This document shows positions 63,402-64,000 of a stretch of 64,000 nucleotides of DNA, piece by piece. The notes beneath the pieces were generated by a model. The model was given only the letters and a program-made list of their open reading frames with translations, did no database searches and was not told where the DNA came from. Each line of letters starts with the position of its first letter. Positions within the stretch are counted from its first letter, which is position 1. The DNA comes from Catajapyx aquilonaris (taxonomy: Eukaryota). The stretch covers positions 1-64,000 of the forward strand of contig JYFJ02001604.1 of the NCBI GenBank assembly GCA_000934665.2, given 5' to 3'. A program made the translations under genes and the position numbers.

Positions 63402-64000
63402 TTAAGCAAAAGCGGCAAATTGTGATAAAAGCAATTCCTTTAGTACAGTTGTTAATATATTGGACCAATTAAAACGATTTGGCCCTGTGTTCCGACAATT
63501 TCACCCCTTAGGACTCGAATGGGCGGCCATTTTCCAAAATAGCTGCAGAGTTTTTTTTTTTTTACATTTTTTTGTTGTCGTAAACTTATAACTAAGTCAT
63601 TGGTCTTCTTAGACTAAACCGGGGTCGGAGATTACAAATCTGCAGTCAAAACAGTGAATAAGCAATTTTTCGAACGTTTTCAGGACGATTTCTACGAAAA
63701 AGTTCACATCTGTGTGGAACTTGGTGTGGAAGTAAATAATGCCGTAATGGCGGTTGATCTTGACGGCTTATATGCTGGGCTGCAGTGATCATTCTGGTGC
63801 CATTTCGCATTTCCTAGGTTTTCGGGGTCAAGAACTCAATTCTGACATTTCCAAAGCCCTCAGAGGTCAAAGGTCATTGTCTGGAGTACGGATAGTACAT
63901 GAGTTCCGATAGCCGCTGGTGGTCCTCTACCGCCATCCACCTCTTCTGCGATGATACTGATGGTTTTTGACTGTTATGGATTCTATTTTTTTTTGTATTT

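Overview
Eukaryotic, transposon-saturated genomic window, most likely insect/arthropod (spliceosomal introns, tRNA-derived SINEs, MADF gene, (CCTAA)n tract). No host protein-coding gene, rRNA, true tRNA or CRISPR array can be supported, and most listed ORFs are spurious. The centre (33.7-48.3 kb) is a nest whose inner junctions can all be read from target-site duplications (TSDs). A Tc1/mariner-type MITE was split by a Sola2-like DNA transposon (33834-48201; GGG termini, long terminal inverted repeats (TIRs), 4-bp TSD AGCA). That element then received four insertions: a palindromic Academ-like foldback (34637-36772, TSD AAG), a Harbinger MITE (36988-37815, TSD TTA), an apparently intact autonomous PIF/Harbinger element (39466-43912, TSD TAA; spliced 426-aa DDE transposase and convergent 255-aa MADF gene) and a non-autonomous LTR element with a tRNA-Lys primer-binding site (44163-47364, TSD CGGT). 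A second nest lies at 9.7-14.3 kb. The most unusual signal is in two sequence-unrelated Academ-like elements: both place the motif AAAGYATGAAACTYG with its ATG exactly 56 bp inside the left end and 46 bp inside the right end, a one-helical-turn asymmetry reminiscent of the RAG 12/23 rule. A ~0.4-kb hairpin with G-U-skewed mismatches at 23.3-23.7 kb also deserves follow-up. All calls were made by eye; superfamily names rest on recalled terminus, TSD and motif rules, not database searches.
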